Of a stretch of DNA of 64,000 bases, positions 49,497 to 59,985 are shown in pieces. The stretch is from Candidatus Latescibacterota bacterium (GTDB taxonomy: Bacteria > Latescibacterota > UBA2968). How positions within the stretch are numbered: the first letter of the stretch is position 1; every line of letters starts with the position of its first letter. Where the stretch lies: contig OZ242010.1 of NCBI GenBank assembly GCA_965204745.1, positions 3,520,001-3,584,000 of the forward strand, given 5' to 3'. Made by a program: the position numbers and the translations under genes. The notes beneath the pieces were generated by a model. It was not told the DNA's origin and did no database searches. It was given only the letters and a program-made list of their open reading frames with translations.

Positions 49497-50846
49497 ATGG
49501 GTATTTTTGACGTGACGACCATGCGGGCGCATGCGCGTGAGATTTTTGATGCTGCGGTCAAAGCGGTCGATGCCGAGCAATGCGTGCGGCAATTCGTCTC
49601 GTTGGAGGGCGATCAGTTGCGCGTGGGAGATCGACAGTACGATTTGGGCACGTATCGCCGCATTTTGGTCGTGGGAACGGGCAAGGCGTCTCCGCAAATG
49701 GGCGTTGCACTCGAAGATATATTGGGCGAGCGCATTTCCGGCGGGTCCATGAATACCAAATACGACCATGCCCTGCCCCTCAAACACATCGACATCGTGG
49801 AATGCGGTCATCCCGTGCCCGACGAAGCCGGCGTCGCAGGCGTTGCGCGCATGGCGCGGTTGTTGGAAGAAGCAGACGAAAACACGCTGGTGATCTGTTT
49901 GATTTCCGGCGGTGGCTCTGCCCTCGCGCCCGCGCCTGCGGAGGGCCTGACCCTTGAGGACAAGCAAGCGACCACGAGTTTGTTGCTGGCCTGCGGCGCG
50001 AATATCGTGGAACTCAACGCGATTCGCAAACACCTGTCGCGCTTAAAAGGCGGCGGCTTGGCGCGTGCGGCATTTCCCGCCACTGTGGTTGCCCTGATGT
50101 TGTCAGACGTGATTGGCGATCCCCTGGACGTCATCGCCTCTGGCCCCACCGTGCCGGACACCGCGACTTTTCAGACGTGCATGGACATTTTAGACAAGTA
50201 CGACCTGGTCGCCCAAGTGCCCGACCGCGTGCGGTCTCGCCTCGAAGCCGGCGTCGCTGGCGAAATTGAGGACACGCCCAAGCCGGGGGATGTGGCTTTG
50301 TCTAAAGTGCAAAATCTCATCGTGGGCAGCAATGGTCTGGCCGTGGCCGCGGCAAATGACAAGGCCAACGCCTTGGGCTACCGCACGTTGGTGTTATCGA
50401 CCCGCATTGAAGGCGAGGCGCGAGAAGTCGCTTATGTGTACGCGGGCATTGCCAAAGAAATCGCCACGTCTGCACAGCCCATCGCGCCGCCGGCCTGCGT
50501 GATTGCGGGCGGCGAAACAACCGTGCTGGTGCGCGGCAAGGGCAAGGGCGGGCGCAACCAAGAAATCCCCCTGTCCGGCGCGATTCAGTTGGCCGGCTGG
50601 GACGATGTAGTGCTCTTCAGCGGCGGCACGGATGGCACGGATGGCCCAACCGATGCGGCGGGCGCAGTCGCCGACGGACGGACCCTTGCGCGAGCAGAAG
50701 CCCTGGGCCTGTCCGCTATCGCCCATCTGAAAAACAATGACGCCTACCACTTTTTTAAGCCATTGAACGACTTGATCATCACCGGCGCCACCGGCACCAA
50801 TGTCGCCGATGTCGCGCTCGTGATGGTGGGGAACGCATCGGCGTGA
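49497..50846 (+). CDS. Glycerate 2-kinase (DUF4147/MOFRL, TtuD/GckA type)
   Basis: GTGKA, GHPVPD, LISGGGSAL, KGGGL, SDVIGD, GGET, GGRNQE, TDGTDG, TGTNVAD motifs. Confidence 0.92.
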   Translation: MGIFDVTTMRAHAREIFDAAVKAVDAEQCVRQFVSLEGDQLRVGDRQYDLGTYRRILVVGTGKASPQMGVALEDILGERISGGSMNTKYDHALPLKHIDIVECGHPVPDEAGVAGVARMARLLEEADENTLVICLISGGGSALAPAPAEGLTLEDKQATTSLLLACGANIVELNAIRKHLSRLKGGGLARAAFPATVVALMLSDVIGDPLDVIASGPTVPDTATFQTCMDILDKYDLVAQVPDRVRSRLEAGVAGEIEDTPKPGDVALSKVQNLIVGSNGLAVAAANDKANALGYRTLVLSTRIEGEAREVAYVYAGIAKEIATSAQPIAPPACVIAGGETTVLVRGKGKGGRNQEIPLSGAIQLAGWDDVVLFSGGTDGTDGPTDAAGAVADGRTLARAEALGLSAIAHLKNNDAYHFFKPLNDLIITGATGTNVADVALVMVGNASA

Positions 50847-50868
50847 TCTCTTTTGAGGAACTACTTCC

Positions 50869-51642
50869 ATGTCCAAAATTACCGAACCCATTCTCAACGA
50901 AGTCGAGGTCGATTATTTTCGGCGTCATGGGTATATCGTCCGCACGGACTTGCTCGGGGAGGGCGAGTGCGAGGAATTTCTCGCGCTGTTTGACCGCGAC
51001 CGGGATCGGTGCGCGTTTCGCTGGCACCCTTATGGCCATCACCAGCGGGCGAATTACGACGCGTTGGTCACCACGCCCGAATTTGACCGCGTCATTCGGC
51101 ATCCCAAAATCCTCGCGGCTGTCGAACAAGTGATGGGGGGCGCGGTGTGCTTTGGCGAAATCGGCGCGCGCTACATGCCGCCTTATCAGGGGGACTTGCA
51201 CCGCAGTTGGCACCGCGACCGCCCCCACTGGGTCGAGCATCCCTTTCGCATGGACTACATCCAACTCATGCTCTACCTCACCGACGTGGGCGCAAACACG
51301 CATTGCTTTTCCCTGTCGCCCGAGTCCATCTACGAACCCGTGCTCGCCGACAATGACGCGCAACTCAACCGCGGGGGCATCACCGATATCCACGGACCAG
51401 CGGGCACGGTTTGCCTGTTCAACGTGGCACTGCTACACACGGCCACCACGCGGCCCACAACGCACGACCGCAAAACCCTGCAAATTTACTACGGGCACCG
51501 CGACCACAAATACCTGGCCAATGACTCGGTCATCCCGCCGATCTTTTGGCGCGACCACAAAGCCCCGGAAGTGCGCGCGTTTTACGGCAATCTCAACGAA
51601 GTCTCCAACATCTACAACAGAGCTTATGGCATCGCGCCATGA
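50869..51642 (+). CDS. Phytanoyl-CoA dioxygenase (PhyH) family protein
   Basis: F.RHGYIV, WHRD, MLYLTD, GPAGT..LFN..LLH motifs. Confidence 0.85.
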   Translation: MSKITEPILNEVEVDYFRRHGYIVRTDLLGEGECEEFLALFDRDRDRCAFRWHPYGHHQRANYDALVTTPEFDRVIRHPKILAAVEQVMGGAVCFGEIGARYMPPYQGDLHRSWHRDRPHWVEHPFRMDYIQLMLYLTDVGANTHCFSLSPESIYEPVLADNDAQLNRGGITDIHGPAGTVCLFNVALLHTATTRPTTHDRKTLQIYYGHRDHKYLANDSVIPPIFWRDHKAPEVRAFYGNLNEVSNIYNRAYGIAP

Positions 51643-51780
51643 CCTTGCCCCTACACACTGCTCGCCTTTGAACTAGCTGTCGCCAGTTGTACCCCGCTCG
51701 TGGCTAAACTCCCATCTCGTAATCGCGCTATTGTTTGTCAAGTGGTAAAATGACGATGGGATCGGTACCGACAGAGATAA

Positions 51781-51870
51781 GGACAGGCACAGGGGCCTGT
51801 CCCTACGACGGGGATTGGGCGGGGCGGACTGACAACTGACAACTGACAACTGACAACTGACAACTGACAA
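51781..51870. repeat. GTAG-type REP-like palindrome plus (CTGACAA)n heptamer array
   Basis: GGACAGGCACAGGGGCCTGTCCCTAC followed by about 6 CTGACAA units. Confidence 0.8.
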
Positions 51871-51929
51871 CTTGAGAGGGATAGCGCGGTGACCGTCTCC
51901 CCTCTCCCTATCGTTGGGTTGCGAAGGGA

Positions 51930-53003
51930 TTAAAACCGGTAAAACGCCTTTGCGTTTTCGTACAGGATTTTGCCCAGCAGCGAATCCGATAGGCCCTTGG
52001 GCAGTGCGTCTGTGGGCGCGTCAAAGTGCCAGTGGGGATAGTCGGTCGAAAACATCAGCATCTCGTCCGAGTCCAGATGCCCCAGGACTTGCAACAAGTA
52101 ATCGGATTCGGACGGCGCATCTATCGGTTGCAGGGTCATCCGAATGTGTTCGCGGATGTAGTCCGATGGCGGTCGCTTGACCCACGGAATGTCGCGGCGC
52201 AAGCCCTTCCACTCCTTGTCCAATCGCCACATCCACGCGGGCATCCACGTCCAGCCGCCCTCGATGAGCACCACGCGCAACTCGGGAAACCGATCAAACG
52301 CGCCTTCCACGACCAAGCTCATCACCTGCGACTGAAACACCTGCGCCATATCGGCCATTTCCTCGACATAAGTCGAAGGCCATCCCACCGGCGTGGGCGG
52401 CAACCCCGACGCGCCCCCGTAGTGAATCCCAATCGCCAAATCGCGTTTGACTGCCGCGTCGAACATCGGGTCGTACACGCGCTTGCCATAAGGTTCGTAC
52501 GACCTAACCGGGAGGATGATCTGCACAAAACCCGGATGATCGCCGAACCGCTCGATCTCGCGCGCGGCGAGCACCGGGTTTTGACTCGGCAGGACCAGGG
52601 ATGCGCGCAACCGGTCGTCCTCGTCGAGCCACGAGTCGATTTGCCATTGGTTGATCGCGGTTGCGAGAGACGCGGCCAAGTCCTCGTTGTGTACGCTTTG
52701 CACGCGGTACGCACACGTCAAAATCCCGACCTCGACATCCCACGCATCCAATGTCTGTGCCTTGAGCAATTCAAAATCCGACCCAGACGGCCCGCCTTTC
52801 GGCTTTGTGCCTTCCCGTGCAGACGTGGGCGCGCGCGGCGGATAATCGCTCGCGTTGGGCCCTACAAATGCCGATTCATCGATGTAAGCGACCCAGTGGT
52901 CTTCCAAATACGGAATCAGGGTTTCCAAACCGGGCAACTCGTTGTGAATATCACAATCGATGATCGGATGGTAAAATGGATTATTCGCTCTGCCCTGCGC
53001 CAT
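51930..53003 (-). CDS. Amidohydrolase_2 family protein
   Basis: IDCDIH, IGIH, FDRFPELRVVLIEGG, FSTDYPHW motifs. Confidence 0.9.
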   Translation of the reverse strand: MAQGRANNPFYHPIIDCDIHNELPGLETLIPYLEDHWVAYIDESAFVGPNASDYPPRAPTSAREGTKPKGGPSGSDFELLKAQTLDAWDVEVGILTCAYRVQSVHNEDLAASLATAINQWQIDSWLDEDDRLRASLVLPSQNPVLAAREIERFGDHPGFVQIILPVRSYEPYGKRVYDPMFDAAVKRDLAIGIHYGGASGLPPTPVGWPSTYVEEMADMAQVFQSQVMSLVVEGAFDRFPELRVVLIEGGWTWMPAWMWRLDKEWKGLRRDIPWVKRPPSDYIREHIRMTLQPIDAPSESDYLLQVLGHLDSDEMLMFSTDYPHWHFDAPTDALPKGLSDSLLGKILYENAKAFYRF

Positions 53004-53031
53004 GTCAATCCGTCCAAAAAATATTGTGCAG

Positions 53032-53436
53032 TTAGCGGTTAGCGGTTAGCCCGTCTAATCCACCGTCATTGACGGAAACAATCTCCACCAAACCGCCTGT
53101 CTGCACGCGCATTCGCAAATCGCAATTCGTCAATAAGCGCATTCCCAAAAGCGGCTTTGTTTCCACTGACGATACCAAAATAGAACGCGGTACACCATCC
53201 CAAATAATCGCGGCAGAGTGGATATCGAACGTCTCTATGGACCCGTCGGCCAATTCCGCACTGCCGCGAGTTCTCCAAGGCAACTGCAAGTGGCCGATCA
53301 CTTCGGAAGACAAAGTCAACGAACCATTAAATCCCGTATCCAATACCGCTTCAAACTCGTGAACTGCGCCTGATATATCCCGAAGGTGAATGGGGATTAT
53401 CGCTTCGGAAAACGCATTGATATATCCGGCAATCAT
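53032..53436 (-). CDS. Clan AA aspartic protease (retropepsin-like)
   Basis: AVLDTGFNG, LADG, PLLGM motifs. Confidence 0.85.
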   Translation of the reverse strand: MIAGYINAFSEAIIPIHLRDISGAVHEFEAVLDTGFNGSLTLSSEVIGHLQLPWRTRGSAELADGSIETFDIHSAAIIWDGVPRSILVSSVETKPLLGMRLLTNCDLRMRVQTGGLVEIVSVNDGGLDGLTANR

Positions 53437-53693
53437 GAGATCATTCCCACGCGATAGGTCGTTTTTTGGCCCACTCGACAAAGCCAAATTTGCGCGTGTG
53501 GCTGGCGATTTAACAAGCGTTCTGTCGCTGTATAATCATCGGCATCAATTTCAAAAGAACCGGTATCGATATCGATGGCGACAAATTTTCCCGCGTCGCG
53601 ATCTGTGATGCGCGAACGAATGACGCGCTCATAGCAAGTTTGACCCCGCTGGGCAAATTCACGCACACCATATCGAGGTTTTCGCGCTTCCAT
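53433..53693 (-). CDS. Small protein coupled to the aspartic protease (DUF5678-like, 86 aa)
   Basis: GGGAG RBS; GKFVAIDIDTG..E.D..P.AQIW..RVG; ATGA overlap with the protease. Confidence 0.75.
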   Translation of the reverse strand: MEARKPRYGVREFAQRGQTCYERVIRSRITDRDAGKFVAIDIDTGSFEIDADDYTATERLLNRQPHAQIWLCRVGQKTTYRVGMIS

Positions 53694-53719
53694 GCTATGT
53701 CTCCCTCTCGTTCCTCGTC

Positions 53720-54532
53720 TCAATACCCCGCGTCGCGGCAGTATTGGTACATCTTCGCGCTGCGGGTTGCTTCGTGGAGCGCGTCTTCGCCTTCGTAGGG
53801 CGGCGCGCCCGGGCACGCCGTGACCCAGCGGTCGTAGCCCATGTCGCTGAGCACGGTTGCCAGCGCGGGGAAATCCAATGCCTCGGCAACGCCCACGGAA
53901 ACCCATTTGGGCATGAACCGTCCGTCCTCGTCGCGCGTGATATTCTCGTCTGCCCAATCCTGCAAATGCACGTAATTGAGTTGAACTTGAAAGTCGCGCA
54001 GGGACTGGGCCGCGTCATACCCCCAAAGTTGCGCGTGGGACACGTCAATGCACAGCTTGGCCTTTTCCAAATGGCGCGTGTACAACTGCCAGTCCTCTTT
54101 TGAATCGACCAGCAAATTGGTGTGGATGTGATAGCTCAATTCCAAATCGTATTGCGCCGCGTACTCGGCCCAAGCGTCCGCGGCTTCGGCGGATCGTTTG
54201 ATATCGTCTGCGTTGACGGAACGACCTTCGGGCTTGCGGCCACTCATGTACATAAAGCAGTCCACGCCCATCTCAGCGGCGAAATCGATGCGGCGCATGT
54301 TGCGCTCTCGGTGTTCCCGCCCCGGGGTTTCGGGCGACCCCTGCGCTGTGTACACCGCCATGGGCAGGCCCACATTCTCGCAAATTTTCCGCACCCGACC
54401 CGCCGGCCCCAACCAGTCCAAGGGCAAGCGGCACTCCCAACCGTCCCAACCCGCTTTTTTGAGGGCCTCGAGCGACCGCTCCAAGTCTGGATTTTTCCAT
54501 CGCAATGCACAGTATCCGAGCTTAAATGCCAT
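53720..54532 (-). CDS. Sugar phosphate isomerase/epimerase (IolE-like TIM barrel)
   Basis: AAGGAG RBS; GWDGWE, SYHIH, CIDVSH, YVHLQD motifs. Confidence 0.78.
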   Translation of the reverse strand: MAFKLGYCALRWKNPDLERSLEALKKAGWDGWECRLPLDWLGPAGRVRKICENVGLPMAVYTAQGSPETPGREHRERNMRRIDFAAEMGVDCFMYMSGRKPEGRSVNADDIKRSAEAADAWAEYAAQYDLELSYHIHTNLLVDSKEDWQLYTRHLEKAKLCIDVSHAQLWGYDAAQSLRDFQVQLNYVHLQDWADENITRDEDGRFMPKWVSVGVAEALDFPALATVLSDMGYDRWVTACPGAPPYEGEDALHEATRSAKMYQYCRDAGY

Positions 54533-54618
54533 GACGATCTCCTTTGAAAAGGTAAGAAGGCAGAGGCAAGACGTGAGAAGGCCACCCCTCTTGCCTCTTG
54601 CCTCTTGCCTCTCCCCTC

Positions 54619-55893
54619 TTACGTCTCCCCTCTTGCCTCTCCCCTCTTACCGCTCTTCCCAAACAGTTCCCGATAGGCGCGGTCGAACGCCTCTGAGCCA
54701 TCGTCCAATTTCAGTTCCAGCCGAATGCCTGGCAAAAATCCCGTCAGTCGCCCGGCCAAAAAATCGTCGCGATAGCGACCATCGGCATAATGCGTCTCGC
54801 GGTCATCGGGCCAGCATATCGTGTGAATCTGACGCTTTTCTTCGACCTTAAAATCCGGATCGACCCGATACCGCTCGATCACATCCCAATCCAGTTCGAC
54901 GCCCAATCCCGGCGCGTTGGGCACGCGGATGTGCCCGCCTTCCACTTTGAAATTTTTAATGAGTGGATGCGCCCAGATATTCACGCACGGAATCGCGGGC
55001 CAGCGCGCATGGGACAGCACCGCGCCCAAATGCACGCCCCACATCGTAGTCAGGCCCGATCCCACCAGTTGCAACCAGAACGGCAAATTCGCCTCGGCGG
55101 CCAGCGTGCCCTGTTTGATCACGCGACTCGCGCCGCCGCCTATCACAAACCCGTCGCACACGCCCTCGCGCACCGCAGTCATGAAGGGCGGGTTGCCGAA
55201 ATGCATGGCGATTGGACTGGCGATCTTTTGGCGCAACAGCGCGTTGCCCGCCACATCGTTTTGCGGAATGGGCGTCTCGACCATCGCCAACTGGCGGTAC
55301 TCGTCTTCCAAGTTCCGAATCAAGGGCGCGGCTCGATCCACGCCCAGCAACAGGGAATTGAAATCCGTGTCGATCTTGAAATACGCGGGCACGGCTTGCG
55401 CCATAGCCTCAAATTGTTCTTCCGGATAAAACCACGGGCGCGCCTTGACTTTCATCGTCGTAAATCCTTGATCCACTGCGGCCCGCGCTTCTAGTGCCCA
55501 TTCTTCGGGCGTGCGGTCTTGCGCCCACCACGACACCGGACAAGCCGTGCGGTATTGCACGCCGAGCAATTTGTGACACGGCACGCCGAGGGTTTTGCCC
55601 GCCGCGTCAAAAAGGGCCATTTGCAACCCCGCGCCCAAGGTGTCATCCCACAAAAAGTCGAACGGGTTTTTCCCGCGCACCCGGGCAAATTGCCTTTCGT
55701 TGGACTGCCCCCACGTATAGCGCGTCAAGGTCTCGCCATACCCGGTCACGCCTCCCTTGGTCGTCACTTTGCACACATCTACGAGCGACCAAAACGGCAC
55801 GCGAATCTGTTTCACCTTGGCACACCGCGGATGAAACGGAACGTGCAACAAGATGTGTTCGACCTCTGCGATTTCGCAATTTCGAGCGGTCAT
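54619..55893 (-). CDS. Mandelate racemase/muconate lactonizing enzyme family protein
   Basis: GYGE, ALFDAAGK..GVP, KVK, IDTDFN, VETP, P..PGLG motifs; AAGGAG RBS. Confidence 0.85.
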   Translation of the reverse strand: MTARNCEIAEVEHILLHVPFHPRCAKVKQIRVPFWSLVDVCKVTTKGGVTGYGETLTRYTWGQSNERQFARVRGKNPFDFLWDDTLGAGLQMALFDAAGKTLGVPCHKLLGVQYRTACPVSWWAQDRTPEEWALEARAAVDQGFTTMKVKARPWFYPEEQFEAMAQAVPAYFKIDTDFNSLLLGVDRAAPLIRNLEDEYRQLAMVETPIPQNDVAGNALLRQKIASPIAMHFGNPPFMTAVREGVCDGFVIGGGASRVIKQGTLAAEANLPFWLQLVGSGLTTMWGVHLGAVLSHARWPAIPCVNIWAHPLIKNFKVEGGHIRVPNAPGLGVELDWDVIERYRVDPDFKVEEKRQIHTICWPDDRETHYADGRYRDDFLAGRLTGFLPGIRLELKLDDGSEAFDRAYRELFGKSGKRGEARGET

Positions 55894-55968
55894 GAAAAAC
55901 GCTCCTTTGTTTTGTCCATTCCCGGACACGGGGCATCGCCCCTACGGTCTCGCGTCTCGTCCATTCGC

Positions 55969-56643
55969 CTACGCCACGATCAACCGACCGATAGCCCGGT
56001 TATGGGCATCGCAGTACCACAGGACGCCGTCGTGCATGGTCATCCCGTGGACTTCGTCAGGGGCTTGCACGCGGATGACATGATACACCCGCCCATCTGC
56101 GGTATCCAGCAAATTCACCGTGCCCGCTGACGTGTCTGCCACCCACAACTTGTCTCCTTCCCATGCCAAGCCGTGGTTGCGGAGGCCCGGCGTTCTGAAT
56201 GCGTGTTCCTCGGTCCAAGTTTGGGCATCCACCACATGGACGTGTTGAGACGGGGGAGACGCGATGTAAATTTTGCCGTCGCGCCATTCCAAGCCGTGTG
56301 CGCCGGTCGCTGTCGCGCCCGGCATACCCTCGCGCCATGAGGCGATGCGGACGCCTGGGGAATCGTATTTTGCAATGGTTTTCCCGGTTGCCATGTCCAG
56401 CTTGGCGATCTGCAATTCAAAGGTGGATGCGACCCACACATACCCGCCGCCGAGCGTGATCCCGCTCGAGTGATTCGTATCCGTCTGCGCTTCAAACAGC
56501 ACATCGCCCGTTTCCCAATCCACTTTGTAGATTTTCAAATCCACTTGATCGATGATCCACAAGCCATCTGCCGCGGCCTGCAAGCCATTGGGCTGGGGTC
56601 CGGGACTCTTAAACCGCTTCTCGACTCGCGCTATTTTGATCAT
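55969..56643 (-). CDS. Beta-propeller protein (glutaminyl cyclotransferase/Vgb-like)
   Basis: Repeated HGL.W/PNGL/HGMT blades; AGGAG RBS. Confidence 0.7.
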   Translation of the reverse strand: MIKIARVEKRFKSPGPQPNGLQAAADGLWIIDQVDLKIYKVDWETGDVLFEAQTDTNHSSGITLGGGYVWVASTFELQIAKLDMATGKTIAKYDSPGVRIASWREGMPGATATGAHGLEWRDGKIYIASPPSQHVHVVDAQTWTEEHAFRTPGLRNHGLAWEGDKLWVADTSAGTVNLLDTADGRVYHVIRVQAPDEVHGMTMHDGVLWYCDAHNRAIGRLIVA

Positions 56644-56846
56644 GGTATGGCTCCTATTTTGTGGTAAATGGTTTGCCCGCTCGTATCTTCGGACAGGCAC
56701 GGGGCATCGGCCCTACATCCACTTGTGGCTAATGCCTTTCCGCGCTGAACGCTCCTTTAATGTACTAGATCTTTTGCGGAATGCAAGCCATTGCAATGCC
56801 CGCATTTTTCTTTGACTTGGCGTGGGAATGCCATTTTATTTTTTTT

Positions 56847-57605
56847 ATGAGTCGAGTTCTCGAACACCTCAACGCGCTGTTTCGCAGGCGACGCCTTGTC
56901 GTAGCAGTGCTCGTCGTCCTGTTCTGTGCGGGTGTGGTTTGGAGCGAGCACCGCACCTATTGGTTTGCGCGTCAATTAGGGGCGTATCTGCTTTTGACCA
57001 ACGCGCTGCGCCCACAAACAGGCGCGGTTTGGCAACGCATTCACGCGAGGACGCAAACGCAACAGAACTTGGACGCGACCAATCCCATGCCCATCCCGCT
57101 ATCGGGCTTGCCCGTCGCGGTTGCGCGCAATCGGTTTGAATGCTCTCGCGTGCCCGAGATCGGGGAGGCGAGCTATGTCGCCATTTACAAAACGCCATTG
57201 CCCGATAGCGATCCCAACGCCCAACCCCTCGGCGACGTGATCGCGAGTTTGCGCGCCTATCGGCAAGGGCTGAGCATCGTCAAAGCACTGCATTTGCCCG
57301 ATGTCCATTTTCACGCGCGAGTACGCAACCGGTTTGAGCATCTCTACGCGGAATTTGGCGATGGCGCGTCCGATCCCGATTCGCTCAAAGCCGCTGTTTT
57401 TGCCGAACTCGCAACCGATCTCATTCCCGCCCTGCGACAGCGCGAACGCGCCGCCTTGATCGACGCGTATCAAAACGGACGGATCGCGCAAATTCTTTTG
57501 TTCCGGGATCTCGGGCATTTCCGCGGCGAACTCTACCGAGACGATGACCATGTCCCCATCGCCTTTGAAATTGACGCAAAGGCCGTTTCCGAGATTGTGA
57601 AGTGA
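56847..57605 (+). CDS. Hypothetical membrane-anchored protein
   Basis: RRRR followed by a TM helix; open frame with plausible composition. Confidence 0.6.
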   Translation: MSRVLEHLNALFRRRRLVVAVLVVLFCAGVVWSEHRTYWFARQLGAYLLLTNALRPQTGAVWQRIHARTQTQQNLDATNPMPIPLSGLPVAVARNRFECSRVPEIGEASYVAIYKTPLPDSDPNAQPLGDVIASLRAYRQGLSIVKALHLPDVHFHARVRNRFEHLYAEFGDGASDPDSLKAAVFAELATDLIPALRQRERAALIDAYQNGRIAQILLFRDLGHFRGELYRDDDHVPIAFEIDAKAVSEIVK

Positions 57606-57677
57606 GCGTTACCTACCCCCCTTGTATCTTATATCTTCGGCCGGGCACAGGGGCACCGCCCTTACACATATCGCTCA

Positions 57678-57880
57678 CCTTTGAACTGGCTATCGCCAGT
57701 TGTACCCCGCCCGTGCCTTTTGTGCCTTTGAACTGGCTGTCGCCAGTTGTACCCCGCTCGTGCCTTTTGTGCCTTTTGTGCCTTTGAACTGGCTATCGCC
57801 AGTTGTACCCCGCTCGTGGCTAAACTTCCATCTCCCTCCCCGCACAGGCATAGCCTACAACGGAGCGGAGCGAGTAATCT
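57678..57880. repeat. Three AACTGGC hairpin units plus a CACAGGCATAGCCTACAA unit
   Basis: Same families as 17428-17579 and 1900-1935. Confidence 0.8.
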
Positions 57881-59956
57881 ATGTCCAGAAACCTCATCCC
57901 ACATCGCGGTGTTTTGCTCGCGGTCTTGCTCGTTGCCGATGGGCTGATCATCGTCTTGGCCGCGGCGGTTTGGATCGCGCTCACGTTGCCCAGGCTACCC
58001 GATGATCCCGATGACTTGTTGGCGGAATCCGGCATTAACATTTACGCGGCATCCGGAGAATTGCTCTACACGGTGAATCAGCGCGTAGATCGAGTCGGCC
58101 TCGACGCCGTGCATCCGCACTTTGTGCAAGCCGTGCTGGCGATAGAGGACGCGGAGTTTTATCGGCACCGCGGGTACAGCCTCAAAGCCTTCCTCGGCGC
58201 GGTTTGGGCGAATATCCGCCATTGGGACAAGGTGCGCGGCGGCAGCACGCTCACGCAGCAAATCGTGAAAAACATCTTTCTCACGCGGGAAAAATCCTAT
58301 TTGCGGAAGTTGAAAGAACTCTGCCTCGCAACGCAACTCGAAGCCCTTTTTGAACGCCACTACGGCGCGGATTACAAGCACCGCTTGCTCGAACTTTACA
58401 TCAACGGCAGTTTTTACGGCGCGAATGCACATGGCATCGCAGACGCAGCGCGCACCTATTTTGGCAAACGCCCCGCGGACCTCACCCTGCTCGAATCCGC
58501 TGTGCTCGCCGGCCTGCCCAACGCGCCGAGTGTGCTCAACCCCTTTCGGAAAGACCAATCGCGCGTGATAGCCCGCACCGAACTCGTGTTGCACCGCATG
58601 CGCGCCGCGGGGTATATCACCTTAGAAGACGCCGAAAATGCCCTGGCCGAGGGCCTTCAACTCGTCGCTGAACGCACGCCCCAAAACCGCACGCCGCATT
58701 TTGTGGAAACCATCAAAGCCGAGGTGACAAAACTGTGGGGGCCGTCCGCATTGAACTTTGGCGGCCTGACCATTCACACCACCCTCGACCTGTCCATGCA
58801 ACGCGCCGCAGAACGCGCGATGGGCCAGGGCTTGGCCGATCTCGACGCGCGGCTCGGGTTCTCGGATTACGAACGCGCATCGGTCGAACAGCGCGCCGAT
58901 TACGTGCAGGGCGCGTTGATCTGCTTGGATTCGCGCACGGGTCACGTCAAAGCAATGGTGGGCGGGCGCGATATTTTTGTCAGTTTTTACAACCGGGCCA
59001 CGCAAGCCCGGCGCCAGCCCGGTTCGGGTTTCAAGCCCTTTGTCTATCTCGCGGCTTTTGAAACCGGCGGCATATCTCCGGTTTCGCTTTTTGATGACGA
59101 ACCGCGCACCTATCGCGTGAACAACGCGGATTGGACGCCGAAAAATTTTGCAAACCAATACCTTGGCCTCACCACTGTAGCCCGAGCTCTGATCAAATCC
59201 GCGAATGCGACCAGCGTGCAAATCGCCATGCTCATCGGCCCTCAACGCATCGTGGATCTCGCCCGACGCTTGGGGATTCAGAGCGAACTCTACCCCTATC
59301 CGAGCATTGCTTTGGGCGCGCAAGAAGTCACGGTGCTCGACATGGCCGCGGCTTATGGCGCGATTGCGCGGTATGGCTTTCGCATCGCCCCGACATTTAT
59401 CGCGCGCATTGAAGACGCCGCAGGCGAATCCCGGTACGCGCATCGCCCAAACCCCGTGCCTGCGGTCGATCCCGAATACGCTGCGGTTGTGATCAACCTG
59501 ATGCAACACATCGTCAATCGCGGCACGGGACGAGCGGTTCGCGCCCTGGGCTTTCGGGGCCCCGTTGCCGGCAAGACGGGCACGACCAACGACAACACAG
59601 ACGCCTGGTTCACGGGCTTCACGCCCGAGCTGGTGGTCAGCGTTTGGATCGGCTTTGACAACTGCGAAGGTCGCCGCCGACTCATCGAAAAAGCGAGCGG
59701 ACGCCAGATCACCGGCGGCAATGGCGCCGCACCGATCTGGACCGCGTTCATGAAAAGCATCCAGGCAGACAAACCCGCAACCGCCTTTATCACGCCCACG
59801 GGCATCGCCGAACACCCTGTGGACTTACGCACCGGCATCGCCGACACCTCGGCCCACGCCATCACCCTCGCCCTACCCGCAGGCACTCCGCCCAATACAC
59901 CCGCAGATACGCTGAGATTTTTAACGAGAAAAGCAACCGCGGATGAACACAGATGA
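57881..59956 (+). CDS. Penicillin-binding protein 1A family (transglycosylase/transpeptidase)
   Basis: AIED.FY.H.G, GGSTLTQQ, RKLKE; SGFK (SxxK), SAN, KTG motifs. Confidence 0.92.
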   Translation: MSRNLIPHRGVLLAVLLVADGLIIVLAAAVWIALTLPRLPDDPDDLLAESGINIYAASGELLYTVNQRVDRVGLDAVHPHFVQAVLAIEDAEFYRHRGYSLKAFLGAVWANIRHWDKVRGGSTLTQQIVKNIFLTREKSYLRKLKELCLATQLEALFERHYGADYKHRLLELYINGSFYGANAHGIADAARTYFGKRPADLTLLESAVLAGLPNAPSVLNPFRKDQSRVIARTELVLHRMRAAGYITLEDAENALAEGLQLVAERTPQNRTPHFVETIKAEVTKLWGPSALNFGGLTIHTTLDLSMQRAAERAMGQGLADLDARLGFSDYERASVEQRADYVQGALICLDSRTGHVKAMVGGRDIFVSFYNRATQARRQPGSGFKPFVYLAAFETGGISPVSLFDDEPRTYRVNNADWTPKNFANQYLGLTTVARALIKSANATSVQIAMLIGPQRIVDLARRLGIQSELYPYPSIALGAQEVTVLDMAAAYGAIARYGFRIAPTFIARIEDAAGESRYAHRPNPVPAVDPEYAAVVINLMQHIVNRGTGRAVRALGFRGPVAGKTGTTNDNTDAWFTGFTPELVVSVWIGFDNCEGRRRLIEKASGRQITGGNGAAPIWTAFMKSIQADKPATAFITPTGIAEHPVDLRTGIADTSAHAITLALPAGTPPNTPADTLRFLTRKATADEHR

Positions 59957-59985
59957 ACTTTGCGCGAGGGGACCTATCCCCCGGC

